Program-made: the position numbers and the translations under genes
Shown here: in pieces, positions 36,751 through 48,759 of the stretch
Numbering within the stretch: position 1 is the stretch's first letter
How the letters are laid out: each line of letters opens with the position of its first letter
Origin: the human T2T-CHM13v2.0 reference genome, Homo sapiens
Reading direction: 5' to 3' (one strand)
Assembly: GCF_009914755.1 (NCBI RefSeq)
Contig: NC_060947.1
Length of the DNA: 64,000 nt
Notes under the pieces: generated by a model
What the model saw: only the letters and a program-made list of their open reading frames with translations
Database searches by the model: none
Told to the model about the DNA's origin: nothing

Positions 36751-37614
36751 CTCGGTGTATTCTCAGACCTGATCTCAATCTCCACTGGGGAGTCTCAGTA
36801 GTCCCCCAACATCCCCTGCAGCCTCCGTGACCCTCTCCCCCATGCCGAGAAAGCAGGACCCATCCCGTGCAAGCATCCTTCTCACACCCTGCCAAGTGCA
36901 CTAATCCCCCTGGGGAAGTGATTACCAACAACCATACACAGCCGGAGTTGCTTAATCACTCTTAAGAAATTTCTTTATAATCTGAGTAAATTACTTTAAT
37001 TACTTGCAACTACCAATTAGTGTTTGAAGGTTTCCCTTCCAGAGAAACAAGCCTCCCCCTCTGGACTTCCAGCTCCCTCCTCCTTGAGGCTGAGGGGTGC
37101 TCACCTGGCTGCCCCTCCTACCAGGCGCCAGACTGCCCCCTCCACCGCCCACAGGGCCCAGGCACAGTGGCCCAGCCCCTGGCTCGGCTTTAGGAGGGCT
37201 CGGTTTCTCAGTGGTGCTCTGGGCCCTCCTTCCTGACCCCAGGGCCCATGCCGGAGGAGGAGGCTGGAGAGACTGGTGGTTAGCACACCAGCAGGCCCCA
37301 GCCGACTCACCTGATGCACCCCCATGGGGCCTGGCTCAGCTCTGATCCTGTTCCAGGCTCTGCTGCCAATGGCCAGAACTTACCCTCTCTGGGCCTCCCT
37401 CCTCTCCTGCCATCACCTGCCTCTCCTGGTATGCAGGGAAAATGGCTGCTGCCTCCGAGCTCCTTGCACAGACCGGGCAGAGCGGATGTAGGTGTCTAAA
37501 GGCCAAGCAGTCCTCCAAGTCAGGCTGCTGCTAGCTTATGCTGAAACTCCAGAAGAGACATTGACTTCACCCAGCTTCCACCCCCAGCCTAGGGAACCCC
37601 CTAGAGACTCCCAG

Positions 37615-37855
37615 AGAAAAGGCAGTGTGCTGTAAGAGGGGGAAGAGGAACACTGGCTTTGGGTTGGAATCCTGGCTCTGCTTCACCTGCATGCCCTTGC
37701 ACAAGTCATTTCCCACTCTAAGCCTCAGTTTCCTTATCTGTAAAATGTGGAAGATGACATTGACTTCACACTTTGGTGTGAAGATTAAACCCCCAGCCGC
37801 ACGGCAGTATGCCAAGCACAGAGAAGACACAGAGTACATGCTAATTCTCAATGTG
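37615..37855 (+). mobile_element. MIR (near full length)
   Basis: ggaatcctggctctgc...gcctcagtttccttatctgtaaaatg. Confidence 0.88.
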
Positions 37856-39674
37856 CTATGGGCTGCGGACACAGAAACAGGACCCTGTTGCTGCCTTTAG
37901 GAAGCTTCCAGTCTCGTATGTGGAGAACAATCGCAACAGAAGAAGAATTGTGGTACTCGTCCTTAAAAAGAGACACACAAATTATTGGGGATGGTCAGAA
38001 AACAAAAAAGTAGGAAAAGTAGAGTTAGTGAAGGAGATAATTTCATTTGGCATTCAACTCACCACCCAATTCCCGTTTGTCCTTCCCTGTGTTCATTAAG
38101 ACCCTGGACACTCGGGCAAGAGCGTCTTTGTGTGGCACAGTCACATAGGAAGTCACAAGACCCCCCACAGTCCGCTCCAACTCATTTGGGTGCCTTAGTG
38201 CGTGTGCATATGTGTTTGCATGTCTGTGTACACATATGCACATGCATGTATAGGATAAATGTGTATGTGTGTGTGCACATGTTCATGAGAATCTTAGGGG
38301 AGAAAAAGAGTGGGTTAAGATGAGGCAAGAGAAGCAGGTGGCAGAGAGAAAGGCTCCCGTCTCCCCTCTGCCAGCTCCTCTCTCCCTCTTCCCAGTGCTG
38401 GGTGGCAGCCCCTGTTTACAGAGTTCAAGGAGCTCGACTACCCACCCACTGCCCCACTTCAGGCCCCTCTCTTCCACTCGGCACCCCCTTCCATCCCTGA
38501 TACTCCCGATTTCTTCCAAGCTGTATTTGTACACACAGTTCCCAGAGCATTTGCCCCTCCCCTGTCCCATTAGATTGGTCCCACAGTTCCGACAACTAGG
38601 TGCTATTAATATCCGTTTTAAAGATGGGGAAACTGGGGCACAGAGAAATGATATGACACATCCCCTCCAAAAATTGTGCTCGAAGATAAGCTTCTTAAAC
38701 CCTAGTCCCTTGGCCTCTATGGGGGATCCCACCAACTCTTTGAGGGGCGGGGTGGGGGATTGAAAAGGAAAGCTGCTTCTTTGTCTGGGGGCCGGGGATC
38801 ACTTGGGTTCCAGCTCCACATCTTTTCTTCACACTTCAGTTTCACTGCCCCCCACCTTTTCCTCACCCCACAGAGATGAGGGAACTGGCAGGCTCCTGGG
38901 CAGGCGGTAGGGCTGTGGGGGTTAATTAACTGTTTCCCAAAAAGCTTTGAAGATGAAGGCTCCTGCAGGAGGCAGGCAGTGCAGGCCAGCTTGCAGGCAG
39001 GCAGAACTGCCAATGAGTTGGGGCGCCAGGTTGTTACTAAGGAAAAATTCCCAGCTTCTGGCCTCCACTCCACCCACCCCCTGCCAGGTGCTCTGTACTC
39101 CGCAAGCTCTCGAGACTCCGTGACCTATCATGCCTGGGCGAGCTTTTTGAAGGTATGCAGCCCTGGTGGAGGGGGAGATGAGACCCTGGTCTCTGGTGGG
39201 CAAATGAGGAGGGAGGGGAACGACCCGAGGCTGGAGGTAATGCAGGTCCCAGGGCCATGCAGAAGGGAAGCTGGAGGTGCTGCCCAAACATCCTGCCTGC
39301 GAGCCTGTCCCGGCTCGATTTGGCTCTGGCCTTAGCTCAACCACGCCAGGTTAGCCCGGCACACTCCTCTGGCATGTGCCTATGTGTGGGTGTGATCCAG
39401 AGGGGCAGAAAGATGGCTCCTGATTCAGTGCCTTGGGTCCTCAGAAGGCCAGAATTGGGATCCGAGATGTTTTTCCCCAGGAAAACCAGGTGAAAAGTAA
39501 ACTTGTTCCCACCTACAAGCCAGAAAGTTTCCACAACTGCTTCTTTATTCTCTTTCTTGCTTCCCTCCCTCTCTCCTGGTGCTGCAGATATAGAAATGGC
39601 AATACCCTGACCCTAGACTGCTGGAACTTACAGTCTAGTTGGAGCGACCAAGTTGTTAGATAAAATACAACTAT

Positions 39675-40076
39675 TTAACCCAGCATTCCTCTTCTATGAG
39701 CCATCCTACACTCATGCACGGGAAATTGTACACAACCTAAATGGCCATCATTAGGGGGCTGGTTTTAAAAGCTATTCCATACTATGGAATACAATGCAGT
39801 TGGTCAAAAGAATAAGATAGATCAATGCATGCAGAATGGAAAGATGCCCCACACATACGTTAAGTTTATTTTTATTTTATTTTATTTTGAGACAGAATTT
39901 CATTATGTTGCTCAGACTGGATTCGAACTCCTAGGTTCAAGTGATCCTCCTGCCTCAGCCTCCTGAGTACTGGGACTATAGGCGCGCACCACCACGCCTG
40001 GCTACCATTAAGTTTAAAAAGCTGTAAAACATTGGGTGCACGTGAAGTCAGATCCCACTTGTGAAAAGTGAAACCA
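39675..40076 (+). mobile_element. Ancient L1M (L1ME-like) fragment hosting FLAM and Alu
   Basis: acaacctaaatggccatca...ccatactatggaatacaatgcag. Confidence 0.7.
39867..40003 (-). mobile_element. Free Alu monomer (FLAM_A-like)
   Basis: Single ~135-bp arm flanked by ttaagttt duplication (39859, 40008). Confidence 0.88.
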
Positions 40077-40401
<325 letters not shown>

Positions 40402-40889
40402 TCATGTATGTGTGCAGATATACAGAACAAAGTGCCGGCTTTCCCTCGCCCCTCCTGGACTGCTCCACTAGCCCTGGCCTGGCCTGCAGGTGGGGCCTGA
40501 CACTTCTTCACTGATCTTCTTCATCCCACAGTGGCACAACTACAAGACAGGAACTAAGAAGAAGTAACTGAATGCCTACTCTAGGCCAGGTCCTTGCTAG
40601 GACTGAACATGTGTTTGTCGAGGGTGGCTAAGTCTCAGCTGAGGCCGACCAGCACCACCAGACGTCATCCCGTTGTGACTTCTACCTCCACACCAGATGG
40701 CTTCTTCCCACACCAGTCAAACCAGGGTCTCCCTGATCTCTGGCAATGTATGTCTCCCTTTCTCCAGGTCTGGGGCCAGGGGTCAGCAAATGGGTGTGTG
40801 CTCTGTGGCCCATGCTAAACCCTGGGAGGGGTGATGGGGAGCCAGAGGAAAGAGTATCGCCCCCACAGTCTGTGGGGGGTGGTGAAAGA

Positions 40890-41640
<751 letters not shown>

Positions 41641-41769
41641 AGGACAAGGGATGCTAGGACATAGGTATCAGAGCAACCCTAGACCAACAAAGCCTTCTGT
41701 GCTGAGGGCGTGGGTAATGGCCATCCAGGCATGTGGGGGAGACGTGTTGAGCCTCCTCGAGGCTGGCCT

Positions 41770-41945
41770 CGCACCAGGCTCTTTCCACGTATCGTGCCCT
41801 TCATCCTCACCTCAGCCCTGAGACACAGGCAGTATCATCTCCAAATACAGATGGGGACCTGAAGGCTCGGAGGCAGGAAATGACTTTTCCGATGTCATCA
41901 CCTACCAACAGGCTGAATTGGGACTCGAACCCAGGATTCTGGCTG
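41770..41945 (-). mobile_element. MIR fragment
   Basis: tacagatggggacctgaaggctcgga...gggactcgaacccagg. Confidence 0.75.
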
Positions 41946-42949
41946 TTCTCTCCCCCTGCCCCCCACCCACAGTGTGGGGAAGCCACTGCACTGCTGTTTG
42001 AGCAGCTCCTCAGGATCGCAGCAGGGCCTTCAGGACTCTGTTAGCGGCACTCTCTTGGGCTCTCTTCTCCCTCTCCCTCCTTTCCTCATTCCCACCTCTA
42101 GAGCTCAATCTATCTAATCTAAACAAATCTCTGAGCTTGATTTAGAAAGGGTGCTTGAGGCCTTTGGTGCCAGGCGGCCTCGTGGGCAGAGGCAGGGCGA
42201 GCTGTGGTCACATTCCCTGGAGGCTTTCCTGCCAGCTCTCTGCAAGGCTGGCCCAGATCTGTTGGCTATGGGCAGGGCCTGAGAAAGAGCCTCAGTCCAG
42301 GAGGGGACAGAGCAAGGACTTCCTATTTCTCTGCTGCCTCCTACCCACTCTAGCAGCACTGAGGCAGGCATGAGGCTGCGTGGAAAGCAGGGGGAGTGCA
42401 AGATGGCTACAGAAGGCAACCCAGGCTATCCAAGGGAGAAGGGGAGGATTCTTCTGGCTGGAGGGTGGCCTCAGGGGTTCTCCTGCTATCCTACCCCTCC
42501 TCTGAGCTGACTACCCAATCAACCACGTTGGTGGCTGGCTCTCCTACCCTCCCTCCCCTCTCCACTGCCAGGGCACAACTATCAGGACTCAAGCCCTTTC
42601 CAGGCACTTAGACTACCTCATGGGCTCCTGGCTTCTCACTCACACTAGGTGAGTTGCCCTCTTAGAGAGATGAGTCTTGGGGGACTCTGGATGGGTCTGT
42701 TCAGGACCTCAGGCAGGTCTAGGCCACTGGCTTGGAGGCCTACACTCTGCAGCCATGGCTGGCTCAGGGGGATTAGCAATTATCTGAACTCACACTTAGA
42801 AATCCTTGACCTGTTCCCCTTGGTCCATCAGCTATACGGCAAAATTAAGGACTGCAGCCTGGAGAAAAAAGTTCCTTCCCACTGTTGCTTGACTGAGCTG
42901 CCATGGGCAATGCCAGGAGGTGCATGGGTGTCGGTGAATAGGACAGAGA

Positions 42950-43362
42950 GACCTGCAGAGTGCAATTCCAACCCTGCCACTATTCGCTGTGTAACCTTGG
43001 GTAAGGCCCTCCCCTCTCTAGCTTTCCATTACAACCCCTAGGTCACAGAATTGCTGGAGGCTCAAATGAGTCAATGGTTATAAACAAACTTTGTAACACA
43101 AATAATTTATTGAGTGCTCACTAACTGCTGGGCACTATTCTAAGCACTTTCTAGTATTAACTCATTTAAGTCTCACGGCAACCCTGTGACCTAGGGACTT
43201 ATGGTTGTCACAATTATACAGGGGGATTGGGGGAGACCTAAAGCACAAAGAAACTGTGTAACTCACCCTAAGTCACAGAGCTACTAAGTAGTGAACCAAA
43301 AGTTAAGTTCAGGAGACTTGGCTCCAAACATTTCCCCTTATTTCCCCTTAAACACTATGCTA
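42950..43362. mobile_element. Tail-to-tail MIR pair (+ at 42950-43095, - at 43100-43362)
   Basis: gctgtgtaaccttgggtaag...; atttattgagtgctcacta...attaactcatttaagtctcac. Confidence 0.85.
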
Positions 43363-43364
43363 CA

Positions 43365-43721
43365 CAGACAGTCACTAACTTATAATGGTTCGACTTAGAA
43401 TTTTTTGACTTTACAATGCTGCAAAAGCAATAGGCATTCAGTAGAAACTGTAATTCGAGTACCCATACAACCATTGTTTTTACTTTCGATACAGTATTCA
43501 ATAAAATACATGAGATATTCAACACTTCATTATAAAATACACTTTGTGTTAGATGACTTTGCCTAACTGTAGGCTAATGTAAGTGTTCTGAGCACGTTTG
43601 AGGTAGGCGAGGCTAAGCTAGGATGTTCAGTAGGTGAGGTGTATTAAATGAATGCTCGACTTATGATATTTTCAACTTATGATGGGTTTATGTGAACATA
43701 CCCAACCTTAAGGTGCATCTG
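43365..43721 (-). mobile_element. TcMar-Tigger MITE (MER47A-like)
   Basis: Ends cagacagtc...acttataatggttcgactta and gcatctg; internal ctgtaggctaatgtaagtgttctgagcacgttt. Confidence 0.9.
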
Positions 43722-43929
43722 CACTATTAAAGGCTGCACATGCCTCAGTATGATTTTTAAATAACTGCCTCTAACTAAGGCTTGTCGTGGTGTTCTTCAG
43801 AGAGGAGGCTCTAAGGGAGAGCAAATGAGGATTTGGAGAGGAAAGAACAAGTGAGTGCCTGTTTTTGAAGCTGGTGGAGGTATGCAGAGGTCAGCTTGTG
43901 CCTGCCCTGGCTAGGAGCCTGGGGCCCCT

Positions 43930-44430
43930 TGGATTTCGGGGAGCCTCTGGGCGGCTCCCGTTCACTCTGGCTGCGGGAGCAGGTCGGTGGGGCAGGAGCA
44001 GCGGGTGAGCAGCTAATCAGAAGCAGCGGGTCTGCCCGGGCTGCGCCTTGACCGCTTGACTCGCTCCTACGCAGCAGCGAGCGCCTGCTGAAAGGCCTCT
44101 GCTCCACCCCGGAGCTACTGGCCGTGGAGGCTGCGGCGGTGGTGGCGGCGGCGGCGGGGCGAAGATGGAGAGCCCGCGAAGCTCCTCCCCAGGGGCAGGC
44201 TGCCCGCCACTTTGCTTTGATAGCCTGGTCCGGGAGGCAAGTCCGCAGTCCCGCAGCTCCTCCGGCGCTGCACGCATTCTTCCCGGCCAAGAAGGAACGC
44301 GGCGAGCTAACGGGATCCAGATGTAGGAGTCCTCTGGGCTTGGACCCCAAATACCCTAAATACCAGCCAGGCCACCGGGAGACCTGGGGACGTGCAGGAG
44401 GCATGCTGGGGACTCCCGGCCTCATCGAGG
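43930..44430. promoter_or_regulatory. CpG island (orphan)
   Basis: Roughly 40 CpG in ~500 bp by hand count, high GC, non-repetitive, in a CpG-depleted background. Confidence 0.88.
44133..44159. repeat. Short interrupted GCG repeat (GCG)2(GTG)2(GCG)4
   Basis: gcggcggtggtggcggcggcggcgggg. Confidence 0.9.
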
Positions 44431-45499
44431 GCCTGGACCCCACCCTCAAGCCCCCTCCAGTTGTGCTCCAGGGGCCTGAGGGCAAGATCTGGAGCCTGGG
44501 CCCAGGCCTCTCCTCTCTCTTGAGTCTGTGCTTGGTCCTGGTGCTTAGCTGCGAGGCTCCCCAGCTCTTTCCCCATGGGAGATGAGGAGCCTGGTGGGTA
44601 GCTCTGAGGCCCATGGAAGAGGTTATGTGCTCCTGTTGGACTCAGAAGCCCTATCCTCTGACACTGCCACCACACTCGGTTCTGTCCCCAGCCTGAGCTG
44701 GCCCTCTTTGTCCAGAGGGGACTTTGGGCAGCCATGACGTCCAAGGATCACAAGACTTGAGTGCCAAGTCTTGGGTGCGTGTCACTTCAGTTTTCCAGGG
44801 CTCAGTTACCTCATCCCTAGAATGGGAGTATGTGTGGGCAGTTCTGCTATGTGAGGAAAAATAGATCCCAGCCCTGAAAGCTGAACCTGGCACCTGGTGG
44901 CTCAGAGGGAAAGGAGGCAACTCTCCAGAGACCTCTGGAGTGGTGCCCCCGCCCCCACTCTTACATGCTTGCTTCTTCTCCCACAGGGCCCGGCCATGCT
45001 AAGCAGAAGGAAAAGGACTGGCAATGTGTGTTTGGGTCCCTGCTGCAGGAACTAGAGGCTGGGAGGAAAGTTTGGGCAGGCAAATCTGGATGCATCCTTG
45101 GACATATTCCATTAAGAGCGGTGCCACTCAACCTATGGCGGTAAGCTGTGATCCCAGACCAAGAGGCATTACTGAGTATGTGGCAACACAGAGTATTGGA
45201 TAAATGGTGTGTAATATAATATGATGGACTCTTAAAACTTCCCTCATCCTCAAGCTCTTTTTCAGTCTCCAACAAGCCCAGAGAGCCTGAAATTGCACCA
45301 TTAGCACTTTACAGCAAGTTATTATTTGCCATTGACACCACAGTGTGAATTAGTTGATTAGCTTGCTGGAGTACCAGGAGTGATGGGGGTGGGGGAGATC
45401 ATTTCAGAGCCTGGAAGGATAGATCTGGGCCTGACTCAGGTGCAGAGGAAGAGTGCCAGGCCCCCAAGGAGCTGGCACAGGGGGACTGCACCTTCCAGA

Positions 45500-45620
45500 G
45501 CACTGGACTGAGAAACAGAAAACCCACATTCAAGTTCTGCCATTGTCACTGACGAAGTTGTATGCCCACAGTCAGGTCATGCCCCCTTTCTGAGCCTCAG
45601 TGTCCTCATCTGTGCAGTAG
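45500..45620 (+). mobile_element. MIR fragment
   Basis: ctgagcctcagtgtcctcatctgtg. Confidence 0.75.
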
Positions 45621-45924
45621 GTAGAGTGTGCTCTGGATGGGGACAAGGAAGGTAGAGTGGTCTCTAAGTGTTATCTTAAGGAGAACATTCAAAGATTTTA
45701 ATGTCCCAGCAAAGCTCTCAGCTGGGCCCAGCCCAGGGTCTCCCTATGGTCTTGAGAAAGTGGAGGAAACAAGGTCTTGGGGGTAGAAATTCTGGGCCAT
45801 AGGAGTGGGGAGTAGGGGGTTCCTGCTTTGTGGGAGACCCAATTCCTGGTCTACACAGACTCAGAAAGGTAGATAAAGAGAGGAGGAAAGAAGAGGGAGT
45901 GAGAGGGCTAACTCCAGCCTATCC

Positions 45925-46065
45925 CCCTCACTGCATTCGCTTTTAAAATAAAACCCATTTATATATAAATGTTGGCCTGATGCCCAGTCTCTGTAGAAAA
46001 GCTTTTCTGTATTAAACGCTACAATGAATTAAATTAACCATAATGATTTCTTTGTGAATGGAAAC
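45925..46065. promoter_or_regulatory. AT-rich unique island, candidate developmental enhancer
   Basis: ACAAT (SOX) plus AATTAAATTAA and ATAATGA homeodomain motifs, flanked by GA- and CT-rich tracts. Confidence 0.45.
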
Positions 46066-46260
46066 CTCTCTCTCCTCTCTCTCTCTCTCTCTTTCTCTCT
46101 CCTTCCCTCTCTCTCTCCCCCTACCCTTTCCCCCCTCCTTTGTGACATGGTTTTGATCAGGTTTTCTCCTCCTTCTTCAACTCCAACACCCCCTACCCTG
46201 TCTCCCACCCTCCACCCTTCTACCCCACCACCACCCCTGCCAGCAGCACTGCCCTCCCAC
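46066..46260. repeat. (TC)n and C-rich low-complexity tract
   Basis: Direct reading. Confidence 0.85.
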
Positions 46261-46889
46261 CAGTGACTAGTTCTGTGGGCCCTTCCCAGGTTAAACTGAT
46301 GCCTTCTGGCTTCCAATGGGGAGCAGAAATCAGCCAGCTTAGGGGACTCATGTGCACAAATGGAGCTGAGGACATGCCCTGGGAAAGCATGTGCCCACCG
46401 TGACTTCCATGTGAGGTTTTCCAGCTGTACAAGACTTCTCTCAGTCTCACTTCACCTGTAAACTGGAGTGAGTGGTATTGAGGTCAACAAATGAATGCGG
46501 GGAAAGTGTAAGGGGGCTATTCCTGTGGGCATGGAATGTGGCTGTGCGCAGGAAAAGAGTAGATGGGAGTCCTTTGTGGGGCATGCCTGAGAACATACCT
46601 ACCCACAGGGCCATCTCCAAATGTGGGTACCTGGACTCTTGTCCTTGCTCATACATTTAGCCATGTGTGTGTGCATGGCAGGAACATGAGTGCATATGCA
46701 GCTTGATCTTCTAGGAACCTCCCCCAGGGCTCTGTGGAGAGAAATCAGACATGGGCTCTGCCTTTGAGGCACTCACAGATGCTGTGCAAGGAGAAATGAC
46801 CTGAAGAGAGGCTCCGACTTCCAGCTGGGAAGAACCAAGGAAGGCTTCCTGAGAGTGGTAGCTCTTAACCTGGGGGCCAGAAAGGGCAG

Positions 46890-47030
46890 GCGGAATAACA
46901 ATAACCTTTCCCACAGACAGAGAGCTTTACACGTCCAAGGCCCTTTTATAGGCATTATGTCATTTCTCCCACACACCAAGCCTATAAAGTATGTGTTATT
47001 ATCCCCATTTTAGAGATGAGAAGACAGGAT
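46890..47030 (-). mobile_element. MIR fragment
   Basis: ttattatccccattttagagatgagaagac. Confidence 0.75.
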
Positions 47031-48759
47031 TTCAAGCCTCCAATACAAGTTTATTCTACAGCCATAGCCTGGCCCCAGCCCATCACACATTTGATCTCTA
47101 CCAGGCCAAGCCACCCAACACAGTGACTCCAGTCCTCAAGCTGTGACTCACACAGCTTTCCCCTCCTTTTGTACCATCACCTCACAAGTACATCCTTTCC
47201 ATACCTCAGTGTCTCCATCTGTACTATGAGCAGTGCCCCCAGAGCCCAACCCACAGCCTTCAAAATTACCAGGCCATTGTATGCCACTGAGTCTCTTCCC
47301 AAACTGCATCCTCTGCCTCCTTGTCCACCTTCCAAACACCTGTTTACCTTTCAAGTCTCCCAACACCCCTCAGTACGATGCAGTGGCTGCCTCTTTTGCC
47401 TTCCCTCCCTCCCTGCACTCTGAACAATATCCCAGCAGGACACCCAAATAAGACATTTGAATGCTTTGTGGACATGTCTGTGCCTCCCACCAGATGGTGA
47501 GCTCGGAGAGGGTGGGAGTGATCTCTGATGCATTTCTGTTTCTCTGGGGCCCAACGCAGAACAAATCACTGAGATGTTTGTGGAAGGGGTGAGGTGTGGG
47601 GGGCTGGGGAGAGGGGCAGATGGTCTTTTCAATGCGGAGTCTACCGAGGTATTTGTGGCCTTCATTCAATCAAAAACTGTTAGGATAAATGAACATTTAT
47701 GATAGTTCTAGGATATATCAATTTTGAGATGGTGAGGGCAAAGCCAGGGGGCTGCCATCCACTGACTGCAAGCTGGAAACAGGAAAGACAAGTATACTAA
47801 GGTTGGGGGTAGTGATGTGAGATGGATGACTCCCAGGGCTATGAAGCCTTCCTACTGAGGCTAAAAAGCCTCTGGAAAAATAGGTCCCAACAGCCACAGG
47901 GCACAACAGGCAGATGCTGCTGGCCCAAAACAACGAACCCATCACACAAAGGCAGATTTCTTTCTAGAAGGCTGGAATCCTCTAGAGGCTTTGTGGAAAG
48001 GGGAGACATGGGAGCCTGATAAAGGGGCAACATCTTGAGTCACACAGGCATGAAGGGCAGGGGCATGGAAGGGAAGTCTGCCCCTGCCCTTTCTGTTTCA
48101 CTCAGCTGCCCTAAAACTGGTGGGCACTGGCCCAGCCCCAGGGCTTGTAGGGTTGTACCTGGATCCTAAATGCATAGATAGCCATATCTGACAGAGGCCA
48201 GAGATGTTAATGAGGCCATTCCCCAGCCTCTATGCCTTTGGAGGTCCCTCGGTAGATGGTGGCCATGGGGGTCACATAGGAGGGAGACCAGGCTATGGGG
48301 CTGGCTCAGAAGAGTTTGGCAGGGTCCCAGCAGGCCTGCCCTGGCACAGAGATGTGAACGCACGGCCGTTGCAACTGGTCTAATTGCTGTCTCATCAGCT
48401 CTCCTAGGGGCTCATTCCAGAGACAAGCAAAGGGAGGTTTCTGCTGTGAGACTTGAGGGAGCCTGAAGAGAGGTGGAGGGGCCAGCACCTTGAAAGGCAC
48501 TGACAAACCCCAGCACGCCCAGGGCAGAGACCCAAGTCTGGGGGTATGGCAGGGAGAGGCAGGGAGCAAAATGGCCAGGAGGGAAGGGACTAACTTTCCC
48601 GTCGGCTGCTCTTGGCTCCCCCCTTGATCCTGTGTCTCTCCCTAGTTAATGTTCCATATCTCCTTTTCCAGGGTCCTTATTGGGCTGTCCCCACTTCCCC
48701 ACCTGTCCTCCACACCTCAGACCACTGCTGACAGCTTCCCAGCTTCCCATCCCTACTTC

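Noticed and set aside
40648-40670. REST/RE1 site (CAGCACC half)
   Set aside because: Right half GGACAG is absent here and at the other CAGCACC hits I checked
43331-43350. 10-bp tandem duplication tttcccctta x2
   Set aside because: Ordinary slippage duplication inside a MIR
44133-44159. Pathogenic-type CGG expansion locus
   Set aside because: Only four pure units with GTG interruptions; too short to be unstable
43811-44614. Longest ORF (267 aa, - strand) and overlapping 153 aa + strand ORF
   Set aside because: They lie in a GC-rich CpG island where stops are rare. Several frames are open, the products are low-complexity Ala/Pro/Arg/Ser, and no domain is recognisable.
46578-46602. Full p53 response element
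   Set aside because: Only one good half-site; the second lacks the invariant G
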